From Candidatus Pacearchaeota archaeon (GTDB taxonomy: Archaea; Nanobdellota; Nanobdellia; Pacearchaeales; GW2011-AR1): DNA of 53,286 bases. This document shows, piece after piece, positions 37,996-49,194 of the stretch. Made by a program: the position numbers and the translations under genes. Within the stretch, counting starts at the first letter, position 1. Every line of letters starts with the position of its first letter. The notes under the pieces were generated by a model, which saw only the letters and a list, made by a program, of their open reading frames with translations, did not search any database and was not told where the DNA came from. The DNA is taken from assembly GCA_023136775.1 (NCBI GenBank), contig JAGLQO010000013.1:1-53286 (forward strand). The letters run 5' to 3'.

Positions 37996-38982
37996 CTACA
38001 CCTTCAACCCAATAGTTTTATTAGCATTCTTATTTTTAATCTTACTTTCTTGTCCTAAAACTTTCTCAAGTATTTTTATTTCATTTTGTATCTTAACCAT
38101 ATTTTCCTTATACCTTTTTTCCCGAAGTCTATAAGTTGCCGTTGTTATAGTCTTCGCATTAAAACAATTCTCCTGTGCTTGCTTAAGTAATTCCCTAGTA
38201 GAAACTAATTCAATCCTGAAATTAGATAACTTCTTCTCCTTAAGATACCTATTTACTTTTTTAGTTATTGGAACCGATATCCCCCCGAGGAATAAAAGCA
38301 CCAAAAGAATCTGCCACCAATATCGAACAAGAAACCCTTGAGTTGCCTTAATAGCAGATTTAATTCTTTGGCTTTCCGCAGCTGCTTGAGTTAATTCTAA
38401 ATTAGCATCACCAAGAATAAGTTCCGCATCATCATATCTCTCTCCCTCAAACGCAACCTTCGCCTCTTCAAAAATAACACGAGCATCATCAGTAATTACG
38501 CCATCTTTTTTATACTGTGCTTCTTTTTCTTCAAATAAAGAAATCTCGTCAAGAATTCTATAAGCCTGGTCCCTTCGCTGAACAATAACATAAGCAAGTT
38601 TCGCGGACTGAAAATAATCTTGAGTTTTTCTCTCGTAAGAAGGTGTTTCTTCTCCAATAACAATTAAATCCTCAAGATAAACTCCTTTAGGTCCATCTAT
38701 TTCTAATTTAAACAACTCAGTCAAATCCGAAGGAGTCATTCCAATAAAGTATCTCTTGGCTTCCAATAAAGTATCTTTAACAAAAAAACTAGAGAATCCC
38801 TCGGCCTCCATCTCGCTCACAAGACCTTCTGCTTTCATCAACCCACCCAACGCCTCTCCATAATTAACTTCCCGAACCTCATCATAAGACTGCGCAACAA
38901 CAAAACAAAAATTCATAACTAAAAACACAACTAAAACAGTCACCCCACATCCATTCTTTTTCGCATTCCAAATTCTATTCAT
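37996..38982 (-). CDS. Partner of giant surface protein (signal peptide, helical bundle, TM, cytoplasmic helical tail), copy 1
   Basis: Paralog of 49406-50344; ATGA overlap with the giant gene. Confidence 0.8.
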   Translation of the reverse strand: MNRIWNAKKNGCGVTVLVVFLVMNFCFVVAQSYDEVREVNYGEALGGLMKAEGLVSEMEAEGFSSFFVKDTLLEAKRYFIGMTPSDLTELFKLEIDGPKGVYLEDLIVIGEETPSYERKTQDYFQSAKLAYVIVQRRDQAYRILDEISLFEEKEAQYKKDGVITDDARVIFEEAKVAFEGERYDDAELILGDANLELTQAAAESQRIKSAIKATQGFLVRYWWQILLVLLFLGGISVPITKKVNRYLKEKKLSNFRIELVSTRELLKQAQENCFNAKTITTATYRLREKRYKENMVKIQNEIKILEKVLGQESKIKNKNANKTIGLKV

Positions 38983-41900
38983 TTTCGCATTGTCCTCTCT
39001 AAAAAAATTTTTACCTTATCACTCATATCATTCAAAAACTTAAGAAGCTTATATTTTTTTGTGTTTTTTTCTTTTCTATGTTTTTCTTCAAGTATAATTT
39101 TTTCTTCATCTAATTCCGATAGTCTTTCCTTCTCAAGATTATACAACCTCTTAAATTTCCTCTCCGTCAACTTCTCCTTATTAAAATAATCTTCTTGAGT
39201 TTTCACCATCATCTCATTTAACTCCCTCTTCTCCTTAACTAAATTCTTTATCTCTTGGTCAGTTCTCAAAATTCCAATACGCTTATTTCTAAGTTTAATC
39301 CTCAAATGTTTAAGATCATCCAATCTATTCTCATATTGAACTATAGCCTGCTTATATCTCTCTGGAGAAAAAGAACCCTTAGATAAATAACTAGTCTGCG
39401 ATTCTTCCATTAAGGTATTTATAGATTTCTCCTCTTTATCCAACCCCTTAAGTCTTTGATTAATAATAAATATCGTACTATGCTTATAACTCAAAAAAAG
39501 AACAATCAACAAAATAATCATAGAAATTATAATCAACCACCAATAGTTCACAATAACCCAAAGCAAATCAAACTTTCCCTTCGTCTCCAAAATTAACGCC
39601 AACTGAGCATCCTTAGCCCTATCCATTGCAGCCTCGAAATCCTCTCTCTCAAAAGCTTTTATAGCCAAAATTAAATTATTTTCAGTTTCGCTAACATCAA
39701 GCCATCTCAATTTTGCCTTCTCAACTTCACCTTGAATTTCTTTAATTAATAAATCCGCCTCGAATGCAGTTTTTGCAAGTGCCAAAATACGGTCAGTAAA
39801 TTCAAGCGTCAACTCATAATTCAAGTTCCCAAAAGCACTAGTTGCCTGTCTCAATAAATCCTCAATACTCCCTACAGGAAATCCAGCATCCCTCATCAAT
39901 AAAAGACTCTTTTTAGCATCATCTAACCCTTTTATAGCCTCATCACTACTTTTCTCAATCAATCCAAAAATAAGTGTTCTATATTCCAAAAAAGGCTTAG
40001 ACATAAATCCTGCAGCTTCACTATCCAAGGCAACAATGTCAGCACTAATTTCCAAAGTAATTTCATAATCTTGCTTCTCCAAATAAGGCGGAGCAAAAAT
40101 CTCAAAAGTATAATTCCTACTTTCTAAGAAATACAATCTTGCTTCTTCAGCAGGTCCCAATTTATGAATCCAAATTTGTGCAATCCCATTAGTTATGTCC
40201 CATAAAGTTATAGCAGAATCATTCACCCCGTCGCCATCCAAATCAATATTCTTAGATTCCTTCAGATCCAAACTCATATTAATAGGATTTGAGGAAATAA
40301 TAAAATATGCAGAATCTCCTCTAAGTTCCGACAACAAAACAGAATGTCCTCCCAGCTCTGTCAGATTAAACGGCAAACTTCCGCCCTGACCTGATAATCT
40401 TAAATTTCTACTTTCAACATAAACAAGTTTTTCAGGATCAAAGTCAAAAGATATCTTAACATATTGTGTCAAAAATCCCTGCATTTCTAAGTCCAAATTC
40501 TCAAAAACCGCATTCTCATAAAAATTGGTAATGGTAATTGGTAAAAACTCCGTAGTCCCTCTAACCAAAGAAAGCTTCTCAGTGGTATAAATCGTCTCGC
40601 TATCACTCTCAACCTTCTTTCCACTGGATACCTCAGTTGAAGTTGATGGTGGACTAGGAGTATCTCCTCCTCCAGAATCAGAATATTTAGAACTTGCCTG
40701 AACGCTCACAGTTACAGTATCGGCAAAAATCAATCCTAACTCTGTTAAATTCGCACCAGAAGCATTAATCGCAGTTGTACTAACAGTTACCACATAATCT
40801 CCAACAGGAGTATCTGTAGGAATCGTCACCTCTATATTATTCTCCGAACTATCCTCTGGGAAAAATTCTCCTTCAAAAGTTATGCTCTCAGACCCAAAAG
40901 TAACAACCCAATCCTCTGGTAAATCATAAAAGAACATAGTATCGTATGCGTCACCCTCTCCGATGTTTTCCAACTCTGCATTAAACTGCACCCCCGTAGC
41001 CCCTTGAATTACGACCAAACTTCCAGTACTTGGATTTAAAAATCTATTAACAAGAACGGGTTGATTCGGCGCAACAACAATAGATCCAGTAATTATTTTT
41101 GAAGAAGGCTCTGCATCTAACGTAGAACTACTAATATTTAATGTAACAACTTTTACTCCCGCCTGAGTTGCAGTATCATTTATAGACAAAACCTTGACCG
41201 CACCAGGGGATAAATTAAAATTTTCACTTTCATTATAAATAGTCTCATTAGAATCACTAGTTATATCAAAATCTAATGCAAAATCTCCAGCATTATTAAT
41301 AACAAAATCTTCAAAAGTTATATCCTCTAACAAACTTACACTTATAGGATCAAAAGACACAGGAGGCTCAGTTATCCAAGTATGATCGAATTCTATAGTT
41401 CTATTAATAACACCGCTAAAATCAGAATTGCCCACAGAATCATTTGCAAACAATCTTAAATTATAAATTCCGGGAACAGTCGTATTTAAAATACTAACAT
41501 AAAAACCTGAAGAATCATTAAACACCATACTAATGTTTGTATAATCAGTTGTATTCGTTAATTTATACTGGAAAATAACTGCCTCCAAAGAAGTATCATC
41601 TTCAGTTACATTAGCATTCACAGTTATATTTACACCCGGATCTAATCCATCAATCGAATTAGGATCCGTCGCTAAACTAATAAAATCAGGAGCAATATTA
41701 TCTATCGTAAAAACTCTTGTCTCGCTTAAATCTGAATTTCCTGAAGCATCCAAACAATTAATCGTCCAATTATATGTTCCATGAGGAAACTCACCAACAT
41801 CAAATACAGTAGGAACATTATTAACAACCATAGAATTGGTTTGATTCAATAAAGAATTTATCAAAACAGAACAATCAAGAGTAGAATCATAATTATCAAT

Positions 41901-44900
41901 CACAGTAAAATTAAGGTAGATACTTGAATTCATTACATTAGACAAATTAAAATTATTAATTGGAAGAATTAAAGTAACATCAGGATTTATTACATCGCCA
42001 ACACCAAATAAACTTTCATTTGTTTCACTGTTTCCACTTGTGTCATTTGCAAACCAACCAACATCATATTGTCCTGTCATAACAGTATCTGAAAAAGTAA
42101 AATAATAATTATCAGTTATATTGTTCACCCCAGCAAGAACAGCAGTTCCATTTGGATAGGTTATATTCGCTAAAACAGTACTTATTCCAATATCATCGCT
42201 CACACTAACATTACAAATAACACCCTGGCTTAAATTTGAATTTTCAGGACTACACCCCAAGTTCAACAAAACAGGAAGAGCAATATCATTGACATTAAAA
42301 TTATTAACTTCGGTTGAATTTAAATTTCCGCTTGTGTCGTTCGCAATAATTACCACATCATAAGACCCAGGCAAAGCTGGAGCGATGAATGAATTATTAT
42401 ATTTATCTCCGACGGTGTTGGTTAGGGTTAGTTGGATAACGGTTGAGTTTGGGTAGGTTATATTAGCTAAAACAATATTTACATTAAAGTCGTCAATTAC
42501 GTCAGTAGAAATTTCAATAATATCTGAAATGTTGTAATCGCTATTCGCTATTGGAGAAATTGAAGTTACATCGGGGTTCACTACATCATTGACATTAAAA
42601 TTATTAACTTCGGTTGAATTTAAATTTCCGCTTGTGTCGTTCGCAATAATTACCACATCATAAGACCCAGGCAAAGCTGGAGCGATGAATGAATTATTAT
42701 ATTTATCTCCGACGGTGTTGGTTAGGGTTAGTTGGATAACGGTTGAGTTTGGGTAGGTTATATTAGCTAAAACAACGTTTACATTAAAGTCGTCAATTAC
42801 GTCAGTAGAAATTTCAATAATATCTGAAATGTTGTAATCGCTATTCGCTATTGGAGAAATTGAAGTTACATCGGGGTTCACTACATCATTGACATTAAAT
42901 AAACTTTCATTTGTTTCACTGTTCCCACTCGTATCATTAGCAAACCAACTAACATTATATTGCCCAGTTAAAGAAGTTTCACTAAAAGAAAAATAATAAT
43001 TGTCAGTTACATTCGAAACAGCAACGGTAACCGAAGTTCCATTCGAATAAGTTACATCCGCCAAAACAGTACCAATACCAATATCATCAACAACCGTAAC
43101 ATTACAAACAACACTCTGACTTAAATTTAAATTTTCAGGACTACATCCAAGATTCAACAAGACAGGAGAAACAATATCCTCGACGCTAAAATTATTAACT
43201 TCGCTATCATTAATATTCCCACTAGAATCCCTAGCAATAATCTTTATCTCATAGGACCCAGGTAATGCTGGGGCGACAAAAGAATTATTATATTTGTTTC
43301 CAACAGTATTGGTTAAAGTTAGTTGGATAACAGTTGAGTTTGGGTAGGTTATATTTGCTAAAACAGTACTAATTAAATTACTATCAGTCACATCAGCTGC
43401 AACCTCAATAGTATTTGAAACATTATAAATTTCATTTTGTATTGGAAATAGCGCGGCAACATCAGGATTCACAGTATCAACATTAAATGTAAAATTAGAA
43501 ACCGCAAATATTTCATTACTAGAAATATCTTCAACCAAACAATTCCAAATATAATTTCCATCCACAATATTATTTATTATAAAATTACTTTCGTTTGAAA
43601 CCCCAGAAACATTTTGGGTTTCATTAATTCCAAAAGGCTGACCAATATTATGGTAAAAAGATATACTGCTCAAACCCGTATCATCCGTCGAATTACAAGT
43701 AAAAGTTATATCATTTAATTTTAAATTGGCATTATTTACAGGAGATATTAAATTGACCAAAGGCGAGTTACTCTCCTGAATACTAAAGCTTCTAACCTCA
43801 CTATCATTTAAATTATCACTTGTATCATTTGCAAATATCTCAATCTGATAAATTCCAGTCTCATTAACATTGCTAAAAGTAACATTATAAATTCCATCAA
43901 AATTACTATCTGTTAACTGAAGTCTAACAACAGTTAAATTTGGAAGAGTAAAATTAGCATAAACATATGAAACATTTATTTCATCACTCACATTAACAGT
44001 TAAACTAATATTTGCTAATTGTAAAAAATTACTTCCAATAGTTGGAGTCAATATTTCCACATCAGGGTTCATTATATCATTAACATTGAAATTACTAACC
44101 TCGGTTGAATTTAAATTCCCGCTTGTGTCGTTTGCAATTATTACCACATCATAAGATCCGAGTAAGGCTGGGGCAATAAAAGAATTATTATATTTATCTC
44201 CGACAGAATTGGTTAGGGTTAATTGGATAACAGTTGAGTTTGGGTAGGTTATATTGGCTAAAACAAAATCAACTTCTAAGTCATCGGTCACGTCAGTAGA
44301 AATTTCAATAATATCTGAAATGTTGTAATCGCTATTCGCTGTTGGGAAAACTGAAGTAACATCAGGGTTCATTATATCATTGACATTAAAATTACTAATC
44401 TCGGTTGAATTTAAATTTCCACTTGTGTCGTTTGCAATTATTACTATATCATAAGATCCGAGTAAGGCTGGGGCAATAAAAGAATTATTATATTTATCTC
44501 CGACAGAATTGGTTAGGGTTAATTGGATAACAGTTGAGTTTGGGTAGGTTATATTGGCTAAAACAAAATCAACTTCTAAGTCATCGGTCACGTCAGTAGA
44601 AATTTCAATAATATCTGAAATGTTGTAATCGCTATTCGCTGTTGGATTAATTGAAGTTACATCAGGGTTCATTACATCATTGACATTGAAATTACTCTCA
44701 CTCGTCTTAATATTCTCACCAGTATCATTTGCAAACCAACTAACATTATACTGTCCCGTCATAACAGTATTTGAAAAAGTAAAATAATAATTACTATCTA
44801 TATTATTCACTCCCATCAAGACAACTGTTCCATTAGGGTAAGTTACATTAGCCAAAACCAAACTAATGCCAATATCATCAACAACCGTAACATTACAAAC

Positions 44901-47900
44901 AACACTCTGACTTAAATTTAAATTACTAGGAACACATCCCAGATTTGTCAAAGTCAACGCAACATCCTCGACGCTAAAATTATTTATTTCACTTGAGTTT
45001 ACATTCCCACTAGAGTCATTTGCAATAATTTTTACCTCATAAGACCCAGACAAAGCTGGGGCGACAAAAGAATTATTATATTTATTATCAATAGAATTAC
45101 TTAAGGTTAATTGAACAACAGTTGAGTTTGGGTAGGTTATATTGGCTAAAACAAAATCAACCCCTAAGTCATCAGTCACATTAGCAGAAATCTCAATATT
45201 ATCTGTTACATTGTAGGCATCGTCCTCAATCGGAAGTACCCCAATTACAACTGGATTCAAAATATCCGAAACACTAAAATTGCTCACCTCTGTATCATTC
45301 AAATTCCCACTCGTGTCATTCGCAATAATTACTATATCATAAGATCCAAGTAAAGCTGGGGAAGTGAATGAATTATTATATTTATCTCCAACAGCGTTGG
45401 TTAAAATTAGTTGGATAACAGTTGAGTTTGGGTAGGTTATATTGGCTAAAACATCATCAATTAAATTATCATCAATTACGTCCGCTGCAATTTCAATAGT
45501 TTCACCAATACCAAAATCACTATTCAAAACAGGAACAACCGAAGTAACATTGGGACTAGTATACTCAGCTATAACAAAACTCACCACCTCACTTGAATTT
45601 ACATTTTGATAAAGACTCGTATCATTAACAACAATCCTGATAACATAATTACCATACATAATTGTATCCGTAAAAATTAAATTATAAACTGAAGTCACAT
45701 TAGTCATACCATACCCAATAGTTGTTCCATTAGGATAAGTTACATTAGCAAATACACTATCAAGCTCAATATTGTCAGTTATATTTACCGTAACATTCAC
45801 CGTATCTGAAATGTTATACATTTCTCCATCTACCAAAACAAGATCTTCAACAAGAGGTGTTGGGTCATAACGATACCAATCAAACATTGCATTTTCCTGT
45901 TTTCCATTTAAAACAGTAGTTGTTCCCTCAATAGGAGATGTAGCAATAGTTTGGAAAGAAGAACCATCCCATCTAATAAGACTTACATCCTCAAGTAAAT
46001 CCATCGCAACAACCATTATTTCATCCGTCGTCGGATGTTGAGAAAATCTAAGGCTTTTTATATCATCGCTTCCGAACACTGTAGTAATTGAAGTAAAGGT
46101 TAAATCCGCAGTGCTCCAAACATTCGGTTTTGTAAAATTAAAATAATCCATAGAAAGTGCATTTCTATCAACAAAACCAAATAACGCCCTAGTCCCTTCA
46201 TTGTTCCATGTACAATCAACATTAGCATTATTCGCCCCATTCAATTCAACAGAAGCATCCTCTACAGGTTCTCCTGCAAGAATAGTACTCCCATCCCACA
46301 TCCTTGCTTGCACATCTGATCCAGAATCTATCCAAATTATACCAATATAATCTGAATTTTTATCACTACACATCCTAACTGCACCAATTCCACCATCCCC
46401 AACATCTACAGTATTTTCTGCGCCCCAACTCCCCGTCGAATGAGTATAAGTTCTATAAGCCCAATTGCTTAAACTACCATAAGATACAATACCATCATTA
46501 CTTAACTCCTCCCAAGCAAACGTAAAATGCTCCTTAATATTTGAAATCATTCCAGTAAATAAAACATCTTTCGTACTATCAAAAGCTGTCCCATTCCAAG
46601 GTATCACATACAAACTACTTAAACTGTCATGCGCCAAAAGCATAATATCATTTGTCCCAGTTTTAGAAACCAACGAAACCCAATGAACAGTATTAGAAAA
46701 AGGAGTTGTTAATATCTGCTCACTAGAATAACCAGTTCCATTCCAAAGTCGATAAGCCAAATTAGAATCAGCAACGCTAGAACTCTCATAAACAATCAAA
46801 GCATTTCCAGAAATTCCCTCATATTCAATATCAAAAGCCCTATATGCTGAATTGGGAACACCCGTACTAACTTCCAACAAATTACCCCAACTCCCATCAT
46901 AAATCTGAACATTAACATCATTGGCATTATCTAACATCCCAACAATTACTTCATCTCTCTCATGACTCGCCTTCGTTACCGTCCAAATAATATTTGCTCC
47001 AACAGAATTTGCATCAACCAGCTCAGCACTAAAAACATTACTTTCATTCCAAGTCCTATACCTTGGAGTCTGAACATTTAATTCCTCATAAGCAATAAAA
47101 CCATCAGCCTGAGTAAAAGTGATATAATCATCATGGATATAATCAAACTCCAAAAAAGAATTAACATCAGGGTCAGCACTCGAAGAATTATCAGGGTCAT
47201 CATAATGAACTTTTCTAATCTTAAAATCAAACACACTAGTAGGCTCCGTTAAATTATCCACAATTATATACAAAAGATCCTCCCTATTAGAAATTCCAGA
47301 TTTTCCAACATGTTGTCCTGTCTCAGTTTCATAAATATCAAAATAAGCCAAAGTATCATTACTCCGAACATAAACATCAATAACTCTTCCATTGGTCAAA
47401 TTAGATTCAAACCAAACCCTAACAGACTCTCCCGCATAAATAGCTTCACTCCAAACACCGTCGGTAACCGAAACGTCATCAAAAATATTAGAAATCTCAA
47501 CTCCATTCTCGTCCAAATGAATAGCATCAATTGCAATAATTTCAACAAGGTCATAAACCTGAACTGACAAATGCGGAACAACCCACTCGATATAATCAGC
47601 ATAATTATCCCCATCAAAATCGTAAGGAATAAAGTCAACTTCCACACGAATCCCTTTAGCTTTATTTTTCCCATCCATCATCTCCATAACTTCAGCATCA
47701 ATATCCTCATCTTCTTCCGACTCACCTCCTACCTGTTGCCCGTCACCCCCGATATCAGCGTACCAATACAACTTAAATTCAATCTCATCCATTTTCATAT
47801 CCATATCTTCCACCACGCTGTACGCCAAAATATCACTATAATTCAATTCACTCGGAGCCGAAACAATAATCCTCTTACCATTCAATACCGAAGTCTCATT

Positions 47901-48686
47901 CGCAACAGGCGCTTCAGTATAATATTCAACCGCAACCCTTTCCTCCTGTTCGACGATATCCGCAACTTCTATAATCACAGCGTCGTCAGTTACAATAATA
48001 TTCTCCGAAATATCTTCCTCTAATATAACCTGTCCCGTAATCGTAAAGCTCGTCAACCAATCCCAAAACCTAGTCAAAATACCTCCCCCTTCTCTAATAT
48101 CCAAAGCAACATTCCCAGTTAAAACATTTTTTTTAACAATATCTTTTCTATCACTTTTCTCAACAATTTTATCATATTTCTTTATATCCTCGACGGCGGC
48201 AGTAATTTCCTCATCAATTAAAATAGAAATATCCTCCGCCCCCTTCGGCAACTTAACGTCTACCTTTTTATCACTAACATTAACTATCTTAATCCATTTC
48301 ACCGGACGACCAATTACCGCCCTATATTGTAAAGTAGAAACACTAGATTCATCAACCACAGTCGAAGAAACATCTAAAACAGACTCCTCAGCTTCTTGAG
48401 AAATGTTCTCTACTTCATCAACATGACTTTGATTAGTTAAATTATTCTGAAGAGTTTCTTCTGTAACGTTAAAAAGTTCAGTTTCATTTAATGTTTCAGT
48501 CACATTTTCAATAGACAAATTTTCAAAAACATCAGAAGAAACATTCTCAAGACTTTCATTCGTATAATTTAACGTTTCATTTGCTGCCGAAACCAGCAAA
48601 ATAGACGCGAAAAAAATACTTGCAATTATCGTCAGAAATGAAAAAATAAATTTTTTATTAACATTAATTGTCTTCAATGCCACCAT
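38979..48686 (-). CDS. Giant (~3,235 aa) surface glycoprotein with ~15 Ig-like ~100-aa repeats and C-terminal TM anchor
   Basis: GGAGGT SD next to ATG/GTG at ~48686; N-terminal signal; ANITYPNST...IIANDTSGN repeats; many N-x-S/T sequons; DxDGDG motifs; YWW-TM plus cytoplasmic helices. Confidence 0.88.
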   Translation of the reverse strand: MVALKTINVNKKFIFSFLTIIASIFFASILLVSAANETLNYTNESLENVSSDVFENLSIENVTETLNETELFNVTEETLQNNLTNQSHVDEVENISQEAEESVLDVSSTVVDESSVSTLQYRAVIGRPVKWIKIVNVSDKKVDVKLPKGAEDISILIDEEITAAVEDIKKYDKIVEKSDRKDIVKKNVLTGNVALDIREGGGILTRFWDWLTSFTITGQVILEEDISENIIVTDDAVIIEVADIVEQEERVAVEYYTEAPVANETSVLNGKRIIVSAPSELNYSDILAYSVVEDMDMKMDEIEFKLYWYADIGGDGQQVGGESEEDEDIDAEVMEMMDGKNKAKGIRVEVDFIPYDFDGDNYADYIEWVVPHLSVQVYDLVEIIAIDAIHLDENGVEISNIFDDVSVTDGVWSEAIYAGESVRVWFESNLTNGRVIDVYVRSNDTLAYFDIYETETGQHVGKSGISNREDLLYIIVDNLTEPTSVFDFKIRKVHYDDPDNSSSADPDVNSFLEFDYIHDDYITFTQADGFIAYEELNVQTPRYRTWNESNVFSAELVDANSVGANIIWTVTKASHERDEVIVGMLDNANDVNVQIYDGSWGNLLEVSTGVPNSAYRAFDIEYEGISGNALIVYESSSVADSNLAYRLWNGTGYSSEQILTTPFSNTVHWVSLVSKTGTNDIMLLAHDSLSSLYVIPWNGTAFDSTKDVLFTGMISNIKEHFTFAWEELSNDGIVSYGSLSNWAYRTYTHSTGSWGAENTVDVGDGGIGAVRMCSDKNSDYIGIIWIDSGSDVQARMWDGSTILAGEPVEDASVELNGANNANVDCTWNNEGTRALFGFVDRNALSMDYFNFTKPNVWSTADLTFTSITTVFGSDDIKSLRFSQHPTTDEIMVVAMDLLEDVSLIRWDGSSFQTIATSPIEGTTTVLNGKQENAMFDWYRYDPTPLVEDLVLVDGEMYNISDTVNVTVNITDNIELDSVFANVTYPNGTTIGYGMTNVTSVYNLIFTDTIMYGNYVIRIVVNDTSLYQNVNSSEVVSFVIAEYTSPNVTSVVPVLNSDFGIGETIEIAADVIDDNLIDDVLANITYPNSTVIQLILTNAVGDKYNNSFTSPALLGSYDIVIIANDTSGNLNDTEVSNFSVSDILNPVVIGVLPIEDDAYNVTDNIEISANVTDDLGVDFVLANITYPNSTVVQLTLSNSIDNKYNNSFVAPALSGSYEVKIIANDSSGNVNSSEINNFSVEDVALTLTNLGCVPSNLNLSQSVVCNVTVVDDIGISLVLANVTYPNGTVVLMGVNNIDSNYYFTFSNTVMTGQYNVSWFANDTGENIKTSESNFNVNDVMNPDVTSINPTANSDYNISDIIEISTDVTDDLEVDFVLANITYPNSTVIQLTLTNSVGDKYNNSFIAPALLGSYDIVIIANDTSGNLNSTEISNFNVNDIMNPDVTSVFPTANSDYNISDIIEISTDVTDDLEVDFVLANITYPNSTVIQLTLTNSVGDKYNNSFIAPALLGSYDVVIIANDTSGNLNSTEVSNFNVNDIMNPDVEILTPTIGSNFLQLANISLTVNVSDEINVSYVYANFTLPNLTVVRLQLTDSNFDGIYNVTFSNVNETGIYQIEIFANDTSDNLNDSEVRSFSIQESNSPLVNLISPVNNANLKLNDITFTCNSTDDTGLSSISFYHNIGQPFGINETQNVSGVSNESNFIINNIVDGNYIWNCLVEDISSNEIFAVSNFTFNVDTVNPDVAALFPIQNEIYNVSNTIEVAADVTDSNLISTVLANITYPNSTVIQLTLTNTVGNKYNNSFVAPALPGSYEIKIIARDSSGNINDSEVNNFSVEDIVSPVLLNLGCSPENLNLSQSVVCNVTVVDDIGIGTVLADVTYSNGTSVTVAVSNVTDNYYFSFSETSLTGQYNVSWFANDTSGNSETNESLFNVNDVVNPDVTSISPIANSDYNISDIIEISTDVIDDFNVNVVLANITYPNSTVIQLTLTNTVGDKYNNSFIAPALPGSYDVVIIANDTSGNLNSTEVNNFNVNDVVNPDVTSISPIANSDYNISDIIEISTDVIDDFNVNIVLANITYPNSTVIQLTLTNTVGDKYNNSFIAPALPGSYDVVIIANDTSGNLNSTEVNNFNVNDIALPVLLNLGCSPENSNLSQGVICNVSVSDDIGISTVLANITYPNGTAVLAGVNNITDNYYFTFSDTVMTGQYDVGWFANDTSGNSETNESLFGVGDVINPDVTLILPINNFNLSNVMNSSIYLNFTVIDNYDSTLDCSVLINSLLNQTNSMVVNNVPTVFDVGEFPHGTYNWTINCLDASGNSDLSETRVFTIDNIAPDFISLATDPNSIDGLDPGVNITVNANVTEDDTSLEAVIFQYKLTNTTDYTNISMVFNDSSGFYVSILNTTVPGIYNLRLFANDSVGNSDFSGVINRTIEFDHTWITEPPVSFDPISVSLLEDITFEDFVINNAGDFALDFDITSDSNETIYNESENFNLSPGAVKVLSINDTATQAGVKVVTLNISSSTLDAEPSSKIITGSIVVAPNQPVLVNRFLNPSTGSLVVIQGATGVQFNAELENIGEGDAYDTMFFYDLPEDWVVTFGSESITFEGEFFPEDSSENNIEVTIPTDTPVGDYVVTVSTTAINASGANLTELGLIFADTVTVSVQASSKYSDSGGGDTPSPPSTSTEVSSGKKVESDSETIYTTEKLSLVRGTTEFLPITITNFYENAVFENLDLEMQGFLTQYVKISFDFDPEKLVYVESRNLRLSGQGGSLPFNLTELGGHSVLLSELRGDSAYFIISSNPINMSLDLKESKNIDLDGDGVNDSAITLWDITNGIAQIWIHKLGPAEEARLYFLESRNYTFEIFAPPYLEKQDYEITLEISADIVALDSEAAGFMSKPFLEYRTLIFGLIEKSSDEAIKGLDDAKKSLLLMRDAGFPVGSIEDLLRQATSAFGNLNYELTLEFTDRILALAKTAFEADLLIKEIQGEVEKAKLRWLDVSETENNLILAIKAFEREDFEAAMDRAKDAQLALILETKGKFDLLWVIVNYWWLIIISMIILLIVLFLSYKHSTIFIINQRLKGLDKEEKSINTLMEESQTSYLSKGSFSPERYKQAIVQYENRLDDLKHLRIKLRNKRIGILRTDQEIKNLVKEKRELNEMMVKTQEDYFNKEKLTERKFKRLYNLEKERLSELDEEKIILEEKHRKEKNTKKYKLLKFLNDMSDKVKIFLERTMRK
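42285..42899. repeat. Near-perfect 300-bp tandem repeat in the giant gene
   Basis: Lines 42301-42600 and 42601-42899 differ only at aacaatattt vs aacaacgttt. Confidence 0.92.
44059..44696. repeat. Second highly similar 300-bp tandem repeat in the giant gene
   Basis: Offset-300 identity with a few substitutions. Confidence 0.9.
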
Positions 48687-48795
48687 ACCTCCTGATTCGG
48701 ACAAAACAAACATCCCTAGAGATATCCATACTAACAGCAAGAACTTCCCTTATGCAAAATAGCAAAACAAGCCAAACTAAACAAACCTTTCTCAT
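48664..48795 (-). pseudogene. 43-aa fragment resembling the signal peptide of the partner gene
   Basis: MRKVCLVWLVLLFCIREVLA vs MRRVCLAVLLVFVLSGVLA (49406-50344). Confidence 0.4.
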
Positions 48796-48997
48796 AGATA
48801 AAGACACCAAATAAAACTCAAATACTTCTACGCGAACATATTCCAGCTCTTTTTTATTCAAACTCACCCCAAAATCCCCGTCTTAGATTCCAAAAAATTA
48901 GAATGCCCCAAAAGCTTGCCCGGGGCCAGCAGGGTCATGTCGTTTGAGACCAACCAATCATAGTTAAAATCAGTGATGGTGTCAACAAACAAAAAAC

Positions 48998-49054
48998 TCC
49001 ATGAGAAATTGTGGCGTTTTTTCCGAAGGAAAAATTGCTATAATTTCTCATGGA
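48998..49054. repeat. Hairpin family C copy
   Basis: tccatgagaaatt-gtggcg-ttttttcc-gaa-ggaaaaa-ttgctat-aatttctcatgga. Confidence 0.75.
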
Positions 49055-49194
49055 AGAAAATTCCAAAAACAAAAACCCACTTCCAAAATCATTGCCCCAA
49101 TCCGTGACATCCTCCCCACCCTAAAGGATTGCCCTACGGGCAACTTTTTGCTACGCAAAAAGTGGGGCTTCCCGGACTGGCATTAACTAACCGT

